This document shows, in pieces, positions 1-10,932 of a stretch of DNA of 64,000 nt. Below the pieces are notes generated by a model. It was not told the DNA's origin. It made no database searches and was given only the letters and a program-made list of their open reading frames with translations. Positions within the stretch are counted from its first letter, which is position 1, and each line of letters begins with the position of its first letter. Both the position numbers and the translations under genes were made by a program. The DNA comes from a virus (lineage: Duplodnaviria > Caudoviricetes), in IMG/VR virus record IMGVR_UViG_3300020045_004441, positions 1 to 64,000 of that record; one strand, written 5' to 3'.

Positions 1-3000
1 TAGGATTAGAATTTGAGCCTTATGGTGGTATTAAATCTGCTGATGAAGGTATGACTTCTTATGATCTTAATGATATACCAGAAGCTAGAGCAACTCAACA
101 GTCAGGATTAGAATTAACTGGTAAGGCTTTAGGTCAAGCTGTTAATGAATTAACTCTTGGAACCTTCGAGGCTGCTGGCTATTTACTGGATGCTCCAGGA
201 ATTTATAATGCTGTTGCTGGCAATGAAGGTGAATTTGACAACTTCTTTTCTAAAATATTCAGAGATGTAAAAGAGAATATCAATGAGAAGTATTTGCCAA
301 TATATCAAACTCACGCAGCTGAGAATGGCTCAATATTTGACGCCACATCTTTAGCAGCTAACTCAACTAGTTTGGCCGCATCATTAACTTTAATGATACC
401 AGCTCTTGGTGTTGCTAGAGGTCTTAATATTGCCGGTAAACTTGTTGGTATGGGAGCAAAAACCATTGCTTTAACTGAAGCAGTTGGAGCAGGTCTTGCA
501 TCTAGGCACACAGAGAATACCATGGAGGGTCAGCAGTATCTTAAACAATATACTGAAAAGAACAAGCAAGATTTAGCTCCTAAATATCAAGAGATGGCTG
601 AGGCCGAGATGGCTAACTTGCCATTAGTAATGCCACCAAATGAATATGGATTTTCACCATATTCTCAGGAAGATAGAGTTAAAGCTGAATCAGCTATTTT
701 AAATAAATATAAAACTCAGTTAGAATCCGAAGCTTCTCAAATGGCAGCTAAAGGAGCAAATAGAGTATATGCTGCTGATGGAGCATTAGCTGTTGTTGAT
801 GTACTGCAATACATGCCTCTCTTTAAAGGGTTTGGAAATGTACTTAAAGGTGTTAAGTTTTCTAAACCGGCAGAAACTGCATTTCAAATGGTTTCTGAGG
901 CTGGAGAGGAAGGATTCCAGCAGGGTAATCAAATGGAAGCATACGAGTCTACAAAGGCTGGTATAGATATGTTTGGGTCTGGTTATTCAGAGCGTCTTGG
1001 AGAATATCTTAAAGATAAAGATATGAAGATGAATGCTTTCTGGGGAGCTATGGGTGGTGGTGTATTCGCTGCTGCTGGGCCAATCGCCAAGAAAGCTGTT
1101 GATTCATACACAGATATAGATCTTACTAGAAAACGTGCTGCATTACGTAATGATGTAGATGCGTTCAATAAGATTGATGACGATATTAAAACCGATTTGA
1201 TATTTAAACATGCCAAGCGCGGTAGATTAGATAAACTATCTGCCGATATGGATGCTCTAGATCAATCTTTAGACGATCAGAATTGGAATGAAATTGGTAT
1301 TACCAAAGAAGAAGCCCAAGCTAAAATTAAATTATTCAAAGAAGATATTGCCTTTGCTAATGAACAGAAGGCTATTATAGATTCAAATCCAAACTTTAAG
1401 GATCATAAAGATGCTGCACTAGATTTTCTAAATGTAAAATTGAAAGCCAGGAATAATGGCAAGCAAATTAAAGATTTAAATACATCTCTAACATATCTAT
1501 ATAGAGAGATTCTAGATAATGGTGAGTTAGATTCTGGATTACTTGAGATTAAAAAACTACAAGACAATTTAAATGCGTTTAAAGAGATTAAATCTAATTT
1601 AACTAATATTCCTTCATTTAAGAAAGATAAGTCTCTCAAAGAGGCTACAAATGGCAAATTAGAGATCAATATTGGTCTATTGCAATCAAAACTTAATGAT
1701 GCAATAACTTCATACAAAGAAAGTAATCCAACTGTAGATATTAATACTGCAATCAAGACTGTTAACGATCCTAAGATTGCACAAAAATATAATAGATTAA
1801 AAGAATTACAGATTGTCAACGATGATGTTGTCAAGCCTACATTGGCTGCATATGAAAAAGCTTCTGTTATTAAGGAGAAGGATGCTAAATTAAAAGAAGA
1901 TCAAGCTAATGTAAATAGAGCTACCGTTGTTGAGGATGTAGTAAATGCTACAACCGAAGAAGATGTTGATGCTGTATTAGAATCTACACCAGAGGAAAAT
2001 ACAGATGATGCTATCAATGCTATAAATAAAAAAGCTGAGGAAGAATCTATTGATGCACCAGACACTCCAGATCTTAGATATGTAGGCAGACCAAATCTAT
2101 TCACTAAAGAGATGGGTGATTTAAATACTCATGTTATTGGCGAATATAACAATCAACTCACAGATACTACTGAGTCAGAATTAGCCGCAATAATAATGTC
2201 AACAAATGCAGAAGAGTTCAATAAAGCTTACATGGATTTATATAATCAATCTAAGCAGAATCTTGATGCAGCAAAGTTATTTGATGTTATGCAGAGGTTT
2301 TATGAAAATATTGGCAAGTCTAAAACAGATTTAGCTGATTCAAAGAATGTCAAAACTGATGGCGAGCATCAAATAGATGAATTTGAAGATACTGTAATTT
2401 CAGATTTTCATCCTACCGATAAGAAATCATCTGATATTGGTTATTTGCCAGTAGATGAATTTATCGCACCAACTCAAGGTATCTCTCCAAATAGAACAGC
2501 AATTCGTCAGTTTACTATAACTAAAGCTGGCAATAAAACCGTAATTAAAAGAGTTGATGGTGTTGCTGAATTAGACTTTGTGGCTAAGCAGATGCCTATT
2601 GATTGGGATTACGTTAACGACTCTAAGTCAGTAGCTGCTGGATCAGAAGTGTATTTTACTGTTAATCTTAATGATACTATTAGCACTAAAAAGACTGACT
2701 ATCATAAGAAATTGCAAGGTGAAGATTTCATCCACGCATCACAAATATTAATTGCTCAGAAAGATGCTGCTGGCGTAGAACACATTATATCTGCATTACC
2801 AATATATCAAGGGAGTAATGTTACGGAGAATGGCTTTAAACTTAAAGCGCTTAGGGAGCAAATTTGGCAAGGAGTTAAATCTTCTGGTCAAAAATTAGGC
2901 ACTTATAATTCTGGTATAACAACCAAGGTTACTAAGAAGTACTCTGGAATGCTGTTAATATCTAATACTAAGAATAATCCTCATGAAGTATTAAAACCTG

Positions 3001-6000
3001 GTGAGAAATTAGTTCTAGGTATTGCTAAGAATATTAATGGCAAAACAACTATTGATGCTGGTAAAAACGTTGATGCTGAATATAGTGGCATTGAAGTAGA
3101 TAATTCTAATGATGGTGGTATCTTTATTTTACTTAGAGGCACTAATGGTAGAATTATACCAGCCAGATGCTTCACTGCACAATTACAGAGATTTCCAGAG
3201 CTAATGGCTCAGGCTAAGAAGTTACTTGCTGAAACTAACAAAGATAATTGGGCTGTCAATAGAGAACAACTCCGTAAAATAGTGTATATAGATTATAATT
3301 ATATACCAAAAACCGATTCATTTGAATTGCGTGATAAGTCTGGTAATGTAACTACATTTAATAAAGATGGTTTGGATGCTATTCTTAGAACTAAAATAGT
3401 TCAGGTTGCGTCTAGTGAAATTAATCGTGGTAATTATAATGAAACTATCTCTAAACAAGGTAGACTCAAGACTGATATAACTCCTGGCAATCCTATTGTT
3501 AATTCAAACTTTGAATTCTCATTAGATTATCAAATGCCAGAGCAAAAGACTGAGACTACTAAAATCTCAATTAATGAAGCATTATCCTCTGATGAAGCTA
3601 GAGCTATTATTGGTGATGAATTTAGTGGTATTCCAACCATTTCTCCACAGCCTAAATTAATTGAAAACAATAATCTTCCAACTGAAGAACCTGAAATTCC
3701 AGATAGTTTTGAGGATTTCGATAATCCACTTGGAGATAATAATATTACACCAACTAGACTTAAAGTTGCATCTAATAAAGAGTTTTACCAAAAATGGGAT
3801 GAACTTAAAGAAACTAAGTGGTTTAAAGATAGATTTGATGAATCATTAATAGATACAGATAAATTCAGAGATGGATTAATTAACGTTTCTAAGAATGGTG
3901 GTATTCAAGCTTATGGTATGTTTAAAAATGCCGTGGCTTATATTAGTGGTGCAGCACAGACTGGCACTACATATCATGAGGCATTCCACGTAGTATTCAG
4001 TTTATATTTAAATGAGGCCCAAAGATCTCAGTTGCTTAAGGAGAATGCTAATTTAGGCAAGACTAATGTAGAGATTGAAGAATCCATTGCTGACAAGTTC
4101 ATGGATTACGTTAGATCTGAAGAGTTAGACAAAGGTGGTCTAGGTAAACAAATAGTAGATTTCTTTAAACAACTCTACTATATGATTAAGTCCAAGATTA
4201 CCAATGATTTAACTTTAGATCAAGTATTCTTTCAGGCTCAGCACAAGATGTATAAGAAGTCTCCATTTGCTAGAAATGTAGATAACTTTAAGGTTGTTAG
4301 ATATAGCATTGCAAATATGACTCCATATGAAGCCCAGCGCAGAGCTGTTGCTTTATCTGACGAGATGCGTAAGGCTTTAGATTCATATATTGAGCAAAAT
4401 CCAGATTTAAATAATACTCCTAGAAAGGATGCTATTGCTGGAATGCAACACACTAATGATAAGGGCGTTAAATTCTCTGGATTAGATATGCTTGCACTAA
4501 AGTCTAGGGCAGAACTCATTAAAATATATAACAGTGGCACTTTAGATGCAACGCAGAAAACTTCTATGGCTAAGATGATTAAAGAATTCATCTCTATGGA
4601 TGCTAGTGGTCAAGTTGTATTTGGAGAACTTGCTAGAAAATCATTGTTGCAATTTGCTAAGAATGAAGGGCTTCGTATTAGATTATCATCTAAGGAGATA
4701 TTCAGCTCTATAGATTCAACTGAAACTGATCCAGTAAATGATTTATTTGAGGAAGATACTCAAGCTGAAGGATGGCAAATATCTACCGAGAATGTGTCTC
4801 ATAAGGAATCTCTATCTAATGAAGTCCGCAAAGAGCTTAGTTATATTCCGCAAACCGTAGAGGATGGATCTCCAGAATTAGATGATCTCGGCTTTATTAT
4901 ATATCAAGATTTTAACACTGTTTTTAGCGATTTACAGCGTGATCTAGCTAATAGCGTAGATTCTGTTGAGATGATGGAGAAACTGGCTGAAACGGTCAAT
5001 AATAAGCCTTATTTGACAGATATATACAATAAAATAAACACTGATTTAAATCTAAGGACTAAATTCTTTGTTAACTTCCAATTGTCACATGTAGATTACG
5101 TTACGGTTCGCCAGAGAAAACAATATATACCACCAACAATTAAAGGAGCTAAAGGTACTTACAGTTATCAATATCATATATTCTCATCAAATAGAAATGG
5201 CGTTAAGAATATCTTGGTTGATGAATGGAAGGATAATTCTGTTGATCCAGCATTTAATAAAACTGTTAATAAAGATGGTTCTATTAATATGTCTGAAGTT
5301 GCTAAAGTTAAAACTCAGTGGGATAAATTAACTGCAATTCTTAGGAATAAAGATAATTATGGCCCAAGTGAAACTAAGCTGATGGCTAATATCCTAAATC
5401 ATATTGGAATAACTATTACAGTTAAAGACCTTAATGATTTAAATAAAAACTTTACTTCAGCTAATGGAAAAATAACTTACGGTAAGACTAAAATTAATAC
5501 ACTTAAATTTGAGTTAGACAAGATTGTTAATAGACTTTCTTTGGGTGAAAATCCATTTAGTTCAACATCATATGAATCAGAAGCTATTGATAATGTAGCT
5601 AAAACCATATCTAAATTTAGACATGAGCTCATGGAATCATCATTTAGAAATGGCGAGAATAAAACTATGTATGCTCACCAGACACCAACATTCCTATCAA
5701 GATCAATTCAGCAATTTAAAGGCAAAAATTGGGAAGATAGAATTGCTTGGTATCAACAAGATGTATTTTATAGAGACTCTGCTTGGTTAAATGAACTTAA
5801 AGAGATGGAGTCTCGTAATGAATTTGGTTTTATCGAAATAGATTCTATTAATTACGATAATAATAGTGATGGTATTAGATACACTAAAATGGCTCCTAAA
5901 GACTTTGAAAATACAGCTGTTAATATGTATTTCAATAATGGAGATAAAAACTATGTGTATTATAAATTCCCAGTAGTATCTGACGCACCAAAGATGCCAT

Positions 6001-9000
6001 TCATCAAATTCAGAAGGTTATCAACTGATCAAGTTGTGGACAAGCTATATGATGTATATCGTCAGGAATGGGCTAGGATTAATAGTATTAAAGAACGCGA
6101 ATCTTTACGTGCTGAATATATTAAAAATGGTCAACCGATTCCAGATGAGCTTAAGGTAATTAAGAATTACGATCACGAAAAGTCAAAACGATTCTTATTG
6201 CTGCCATTTTTAAATAATGGTAATCCACGAAAAGCTGTAGGCTCACAAGATGCAACTGCAATTAAGAGTGCAATAAAGGTTTGGATGGAATCTGAATCTC
6301 AAAAGGATTATGATCGTTTGGTTAAACTTGAAGTTCTTGGTAAAGATGCTGACGGTTCTGTTAGATATGATTCTAGAATAGATGCTTCTTGGGGTAATGA
6401 TAAAGCATTCCATAAAGATTATTTTTATAACTCGGTTTTAGCCAATAGTCAAATGATGTCAATCTTCTCTGGAGATCCAGCTTTCTACAAGGCAGATAAA
6501 GGAGATAAATTTCCATCTATATACAGCCGTACTGTTGACTACCAAAAGCGTAACAAACAGAATGTATCACCAAAGACTGTTATTGATGTTAATGCTATTG
6601 TTAACTTAACTGAATCGCAAGCTAAAACTGAAGGTAAAACACAATTAAGTGTTAGCCCATTCTATAATACAATATATGTTAAAGATAGGGAGATTGTTTC
6701 ATATAATAGAGATTCAATAAAAGATGGTCTACTAGATAGCGGGACAGACGAATTTAATGCGTTTAAGATAGCTGCTGAATATGGGTTTGCTAATTACTTT
6801 ACGGTCATTATCGACGGCAATACCAGCGAGTTTAAATCAGAACGTGATGCTCAAATTTTCGCAACCGCCAATAAATCTAAGGTCAATAGGTTTGCTGAAA
6901 CTTCAGATGGGCAATACTTTTCGTCAAAGGAAATCAACGTCACTGATGCCCAAGCATACATAACGCTTCCTAGATATAGGGAGATTATGGTTGGATTAGG
7001 TAGATGGACTACTAAATTACAAGATTTATATCCAAGATTATTAGATGGAACCGCATCTGGCAAGGAATTGCTTATGGTTATGCAACCTATTAAACCATTC
7101 TATTTTGGTCATAGCAAGGTTGGTAATCTAGTTGTTCCTACACAAAATAAGAATTCTGAGTATTTATTATTGCCACAATTGATCAAACAATCACCTGAGT
7201 TACAAAAACTCTATGATCACATGATTAATAATAATATCAGTTCAGCTAACTTTAACTCTGCTGTTAAAGCCGGAGAATTTGGTGCTCAGCCACTAGAAAA
7301 TATAGAGAATGCTTCTGTACATGTGTTAAACAATGCTGATTATGGATTACAGCAAGAAACACCTGAGCATCATATTGACTCACGTAGTCTTATTGGTAGT
7401 CAGATTAGAAAACTTTCTATTGCAGACATCAGTAAAGATGCTAAGTTTGATCTATATGGAAAACCATTCACTAAACAACAATTATTAGATCTATATCATG
7501 ACATTACATCAACTGATCTTGAGGAAGATTACAATAAGATTGCAGACAGATTTAGTAGTGTTGAGAATATACAGGACTTATTGTTTGCTGAGATCATTGA
7601 TCGCGACATGGGCGAAGAGCGTGAGAAAGCTGTTGAACTAGTAGACAGAGAAAATAAAGTTACTGGATTAATGGAGAAAGTATTTAACTTGCCATTATTT
7701 CATCCATATCACGCTAAGAGTAATGAGAGTTTAATGAACTCTGTATTCAAGAATAATATTACTAAGCAAAAAATTAAAGGTGGTGCATTCGTACAGGTAA
7801 GTGCATTTGGATTCGATAAGAGTCTTAAACTTAATATCAAGGATGGTAGATTGGTTTCTGCTGAATGTAAATTGCCTTGGTGGTCTAAGAAGTATTTTGA
7901 GCCAATGCTTGACGAGAATGGTCAGCTTGATATAAATAAAGTCCCAGAGAATCTACGTGAGATGATTGGCTATAGGATTCCTACTGAGGATAAATATTCC
8001 ATGCTTCCACTTATTGTAACTGGATTTTTACCTGCAAGTGCTGGTGGAGCTGTTATGCTACCAATGGAAATCACCACAATATCAGGTAGTGACTTTGATA
8101 TTGACAAGATGTATATTATGATGCCAGAGTGGGAGACCTCTGAGGATGGTAAAGATATACGCAAGGTTCAATATGATTTAAATGCAGAAGAATTACAATC
8201 CAAAGAAGCTCGCAATAATGCCAAAATAGACATCATTAGAGCTGTTTTAACGCACTCTGATACATTTGCTAAGATATTTAAGCCTGGTGGATTCCCAACG
8301 CTCTCAGAGCTTGCAGATAGGGTTCTTAAGCTCGAAGGCAAGGCTGATGAGATGCTACCAATGACACTACCATCAACACAGGCTGAGTTATTTAATCGGA
8401 ATATGACTGGCAAGGCTCTGATTGGGATATTTGCTAACCATAACACAAGTCATGCAATATTGCAGAATACCAAGATTGAATTTGCTAATCCAATATCATT
8501 TGATGGTGTTAACTTAAATTCATTACATGAGATTACAAATGCTAATGGTGACTTCATATCTAGAAACGTAGCCGAATGGTTGGCTGCTGTTGTAGATAAT
8601 GCTAAGAATCCATTGAGTGCATTTATAAACGTAAATACATATACTGCTGACGTTGCTGCAACTTTAACTAGGCTTGGTTATCCTCTAGAAACTGTTGTTG
8701 GATTCTTATCACAACCAATATTAAAAGAATTCTCAAATAGATATTTCAATAATGGTGCAAATCGTCAGGCTGAAATCAAAATTACAAAAGAATTAACAAC
8801 GCTATTTGCTGCTGCTAATTTTCAAGCAGAAGAAATAAAAGAAATAACTACTGATCAATTATTTAAAAATATTGAATCTGGAGAGTTGTTTAACAAGAGC
8901 CAATGGGATGTATTTAATACATTTATTCGAGTTAAAGAACAATCTACTGCACTTGCTGATTTAGTTAGAGCAACTAGAGCTGACACTAAAGGTGCTGGCC

Positions 9001-10442
9001 CAACTTTATCTGAGAATGATAAATTACTTAGACTTAGAACTCAGGTGTTGACTAATCAAGCATTAACTGGTGTGCAGGAATTGTTTGATGGCAAGGTTTA
9101 TCCAATGGAAAAAGCTTTTACAGAATTTGGCGTAGAAAAACCTACAGAGATATTATCCAAATACTTCCCATGGTTTAAGCCAGCCTGGAAAGGTGTTAAA
9201 GATAGAATCGAAGGTAATCTTAATGGTAAACAATTATCTGTTAAGCAAATAGAGCAGATTAATTATGAATTATTGGGATATGCTGCTAGCGGATTTGAAT
9301 TCTTTGACGGTAGTGATCGTGCTGATATTATTAACAATATGGCAAAGAAATTATATGCTATTAAAGAGAAATATCCTAAAGAATTTGCAGAGAACTATTT
9401 CTTAAATAAATTGATTGTTAAGTCTGATGAGAAATATCCCAATAGACCCAAAACTATCAACTTTAAGAATACAGGTAGTTTAACTGAGCAAGATAAACAG
9501 CAAGTTAAAGAGAATTGGTTACATTTGCTTCGTGATGATAAATTCAGTACTTTTGCAAAAGAGTTGATTAAATATTCATTCTACTCTGCTGGATTTCAGA
9601 TTACGCCAAATTCATTTAATCATTTAATACCAGTAGATTTCTATAGTAATTTAGAAATGACTGTAGCTGGAGAGAATGGAAAACCAGTGGTTGTTACATT
9701 TAATGAATATCTAGATAAAACTATGGCAGAAGCTGAATCTAAATCAATATTGAATCCATTCATAGAGCAATTTTATAAGAATAATTCAGATGATTCAAGT
9801 TTTGTGCCAATGGTTGATACTGATAAATTTAGCAACATAACTGGTGGTATTAATTATCTTAAAGGAAAACCTGCTTATTTTGAAGTTAACGCAGCAGATA
9901 AATCAACAACTAATGATTTCGTAATTAAGATTGAAGAGAAGGTGGCTACATTTAGTCCATTTGTTTCAATGAAAGAAAAAGGCGTTGTTTATCTGTATAA
10001 AGCAAATCAAGTAAGTAATATGAAAGCTGTTTATACTTTAACAAATAAACTTGGAGTTCCAAATCAAGTGCTAGAGTATATTAAGAATGGCATTGATAAG
10101 AGTGCAATTACTGAGAATAATCCATTTATAGGATTCACTGAAGCGGATGTAACTAATGCAATTCCAGAGACTAAGGCTAAAATTGAAGAGCAAGCTCAAC
10201 CGGAAGTTAATACTAATACAAAGCCCATAGACGAGTACTCTGAAATAACAGAATCGGTTGACCAGAGAGATATTGATACATTTAATGAATTGAAAGCTAA
10301 AATAATTGAATCTGAACTAACAAAAAAACAGATTGATATACTTAATCAATATAATAAATCAATAGGTGATTTGGTATTGATTGAAAATGACGTTAAATTA
10401 TCAAGAGAAAATATTGGAATACTAAAACAATTAGATTGTTAA
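1..10442 (+). CDS. Virion-packaged multisubunit-type RNA polymerase polyprotein (crAss-like, phi14:2 gp66-like); probably 5'-truncated by the window
   Basis: 3463-aa ORF from 51; the frame is also open from base 3 to 50 (GLEFEPYGGIKSADEG). Catalytic motif GSDFDIDK at 8085-8108, plus GYRIPTEDKYS and a zincin HEAFH motif at 3975-3989. Confidence 0.93.
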   Translation, partial: GLEFEPYGGIKSADEGMTSYDLNDIPEARATQQSGLELTGKALGQAVNELTLGTFEAAGYLLDAPGIYNAVAGNEGEFDNFFSKIFRDVKENINEKYLPIYQTHAAENGSIFDATSLAANSTSLAASLTLMIPALGVARGLNIAGKLVGMGAKTIALTEAVGAGLASRHTENTMEGQQYLKQYTEKNKQDLAPKYQEMAEAEMANLPLVMPPNEYGFSPYSQEDRVKAESAILNKYKTQLESEASQMAAKGANRVYAADGALAVVDVLQYMPLFKGFGNVLKGVKFSKPAETAFQMVSEAGEEGFQQGNQMEAYESTKAGIDMFGSGYSERLGEYLKDKDMKMNAFWGAMGGGVFAAAGPIAKKAVDSYTDIDLTRKRAALRNDVDAFNKIDDDIKTDLIFKHAKRGRLDKLSADMDALDQSLDDQNWNEIGITKEEAQAKIKLFKEDIAFANEQKAIIDSNPNFKDHKDAALDFLNVKLKARNNGKQIKDLNTSLTYLYREILDNGELDSGLLEIKKLQDNLNAFKEIKSNLTNIPSFKKDKSLKEATNGKLEINIGLLQSKLNDAITSYKESNPTVDINTAIKTVNDPKIAQKYNRLKELQIVNDDVVKPTLAAYEKASVIKEKDAKLKEDQANVNRATVVEDVVNATTEEDVDAVLESTPEENTDDAINAINKKAEEESIDAPDTPDLRYVGRPNLFTKEMGDLNTHVIGEYNNQLTDTTESELAAIIMSTNAEEFNKAYMDLYNQSKQNLDAAKLFDVMQRFYENIGKSKTDLADSKNVKTDGEHQIDEFEDTVISDFHPTDKKSSDIGYLPVDEFIAPTQGISPNRTAIRQFTITKAGNKTVIKRVDGVAELDFVAKQMPIDWDYVNDSKSVAAGSEVYFTVNLNDTISTKKTDYHKKLQGEDFIHASQILIAQKDAAGVEHIISALPIYQGSNVTENGFKLKALREQIWQGVKSSGQKLGTYNSGITTKVTKKYSGMLLISNTKNNPHEVLKPGEKLVLGIAKNINGKTTIDAGKNVDAEYSGIEVDNSNDGGIFILLRGTNGRIIPARCFTAQLQRFPELMAQAKKLLAETNKDNWAVNREQLRKIVYIDYNYIPKTDSFELRDKSGNVTTFNKDGLDAILRTKIVQVASSEINRGNYNETISKQGRLKTDITPGNPIVNSNFEFSLDYQMPEQKTETTKISINEALSSDEARAIIGDEFSGIPTISPQPKLIENNNLPTEEPEIPDSFEDFDNPLGDNNITPTRLKVASNKEFYQKWDELKETKWFKDRFDESLIDTDKFRDGLINVSKNGGIQAYGMFKNAVAYISGAAQTGTTYHEAFHVVFSLYLNEAQRSQLLKENANLGKTNVEIEESIADKFMDYVRSEELDKGGLGKQIVDFFKQLYYMIKSKITNDLTLDQVFFQAQHKMYKKSPFARNVDNFKVVRYSIANMTPYEAQRRAVALSDEMRKALDSYIEQNPDLNNTPRKDAIAGMQHTNDKGVKFSGLDMLALKSRAELIKIYNSGTLDATQKTSMAKMIKEFISMDASGQVVFGELARKSLLQFAKNEGLRIRLSSKEIFSSIDSTETDPVNDLFEEDTQAEGWQISTENVSHKESLSNEVRKELSYIPQTVEDGSPELDDLGFIIYQDFNTVFSDLQRDLANSVDSVEMMEKLAETVNNKPYLTDIYNKINTDLNLRTKFFVNFQLSHVDYVTVRQRKQYIPPTIKGAKGTYSYQYHIFSSNRNGVKNILVDEWKDNSVDPAFNKTVNKDGSINMSEVAKVKTQWDKLTAILRNKDNYGPSETKLMANILNHIGITITVKDLNDLNKNFTSANGKITYGKTKINTLKFELDKIVNRLSLGENPFSSTSYESEAIDNVAKTISKFRHELMESSFRNGENKTMYAHQTPTFLSRSIQQFKGKNWEDRIAWYQQDVFYRDSAWLNELKEMESRNEFGFIEIDSINYDNNSDGIRYTKMAPKDFENTAVNMYFNNGDKNYVYYKFPVVSDAPKMPFIKFRRLSTDQVVDKLYDVYRQEWARINSIKERESLRAEYIKNGQPIPDELKVIKNYDHEKSKRFLLLPFLNNGNPRKAVGSQDATAIKSAIKVWMESESQKDYDRLVKLEVLGKDADGSVRYDSRIDASWGNDKAFHKDYFYNSVLANSQMMSIFSGDPAFYKADKGDKFPSIYSRTVDYQKRNKQNVSPKTVIDVNAIVNLTESQAKTEGKTQLSVSPFYNTIYVKDREIVSYNRDSIKDGLLDSGTDEFNAFKIAAEYGFANYFTVIIDGNTSEFKSERDAQIFATANKSKVNRFAETSDGQYFSSKEINVTDAQAYITLPRYREIMVGLGRWTTKLQDLYPRLLDGTASGKELLMVMQPIKPFYFGHSKVGNLVVPTQNKNSEYLLLPQLIKQSPELQKLYDHMINNNISSANFNSAVKAGEFGAQPLENIENASVHVLNNADYGLQQETPEHHIDSRSLIGSQIRKLSIADISKDAKFDLYGKPFTKQQLLDLYHDITSTDLEEDYNKIADRFSSVENIQDLLFAEIIDRDMGEEREKAVELVDRENKVTGLMEKVFNLPLFHPYHAKSNESLMNSVFKNNITKQKIKGGAFVQVSAFGFDKSLKLNIKDGRLVSAECKLPWWSKKYFEPMLDENGQLDINKVPENLREMIGYRIPTEDKYSMLPLIVTGFLPASAGGAVMLPMEITTISGSDFDIDKMYIMMPEWETSEDGKDIRKVQYDLNAEELQSKEARNNAKIDIIRAVLTHSDTFAKIFKPGGFPTLSELADRVLKLEGKADEMLPMTLPSTQAELFNRNMTGKALIGIFANHNTSHAILQNTKIEFANPISFDGVNLNSLHEITNANGDFISRNVAEWLAAVVDNAKNPLSAFINVNTYTADVAATLTRLGYPLETVVGFLSQPILKEFSNRYFNNGANRQAEIKITKELTTLFAAANFQAEEIKEITTDQLFKNIESGELFNKSQWDVFNTFIRVKEQSTALADLVRATRADTKGAGPTLSENDKLLRLRTQVLTNQALTGVQELFDGKVYPMEKAFTEFGVEKPTEILSKYFPWFKPAWKGVKDRIEGNLNGKQLSVKQIEQINYELLGYAASGFEFFDGSDRADIINNMAKKLYAIKEKYPKEFAENYFLNKLIVKSDEKYPNRPKTINFKNTGSLTEQDKQQVKENWLHLLRDDKFSTFAKELIKYSFYSAGFQITPNSFNHLIPVDFYSNLEMTVAGENGKPVVVTFNEYLDKTMAEAESKSILNPFIEQFYKNNSDDSSFVPMVDTDKFSNITGGINYLKGKPAYFEVNAADKSTTNDFVIKIEEKVATFSPFVSMKEKGVVYLYKANQVSNMKAVYTLTNKLGVPNQVLEYIKNGIDKSAITENNPFIGFTEADVTNAIPETKAKIEEQAQPEVNTNTKPIDEYSEITESVDQRDIDTFNELKAKIIESELTKKQIDILNQYNKSIGDLVLIENDVKLSRENIGILKQLDC

Positions 10443-10446
10443 TATT

Positions 10447-10929
10447 ATGAAAAAAGAAGCTATTGAATTATTGCAGTACAGGATTAATCAGGAATTACAG
10501 TCGAGTTATATATATAGGCAAATGTCATTGTGGCTCGAAAATAAAGGATATTCTAATTCGGCAAAACTTTGGAATAAATATTCTTCAGAAGAAAGCAAAC
10601 ATGCAGAATGGAGTATGGAACACCTCTTGTCATTTGGAATAACTCCAGATCTAAGAAAACTCGAAGCACCATCATGTGACTTTAAAGATTTGAGCTGTGT
10701 GATAAAAGCCACATTTGATCATGAAGAATTAATAACAAGTCAGTGCAATGAACTGGCAATTAAGTCGCTATCAATGAATGATCACGGACTATATTCCCTA
10801 GCATTAAAGTATTGTTCTGAGCAAGTTGAGGAGATGAATCGCAGTCAAAATTTGGTTGACCAATTAGAATCTTTCGGTACAGATAAGATAGCATTAAGAT
10901 TATTAGATAACTATATTGGGGAACTATAA
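10447..10929 (+). CDS. Non-heme ferritin (FtnA-like)
   Basis: 160 aa with ferroxidase-centre pattern NQELQSSYIY, EESKH, HEELIT, EQVEE. Confidence 0.88.
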   Translation: MKKEAIELLQYRINQELQSSYIYRQMSLWLENKGYSNSAKLWNKYSSEESKHAEWSMEHLLSFGITPDLRKLEAPSCDFKDLSCVIKATFDHEELITSQCNELAIKSLSMNDHGLYSLALKYCSEQVEEMNRSQNLVDQLESFGTDKIALRLLDNYIGEL

Positions 10930-10932
10930 ATA

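Noticed and set aside
311-8446. Minus-strand ORFs inside the vRNAP gene, and similar antisense ORFs throughout the window
   Set aside because: They are shadow frames of long genes, with Ser/Leu/Ile-rich non-protein-like composition.
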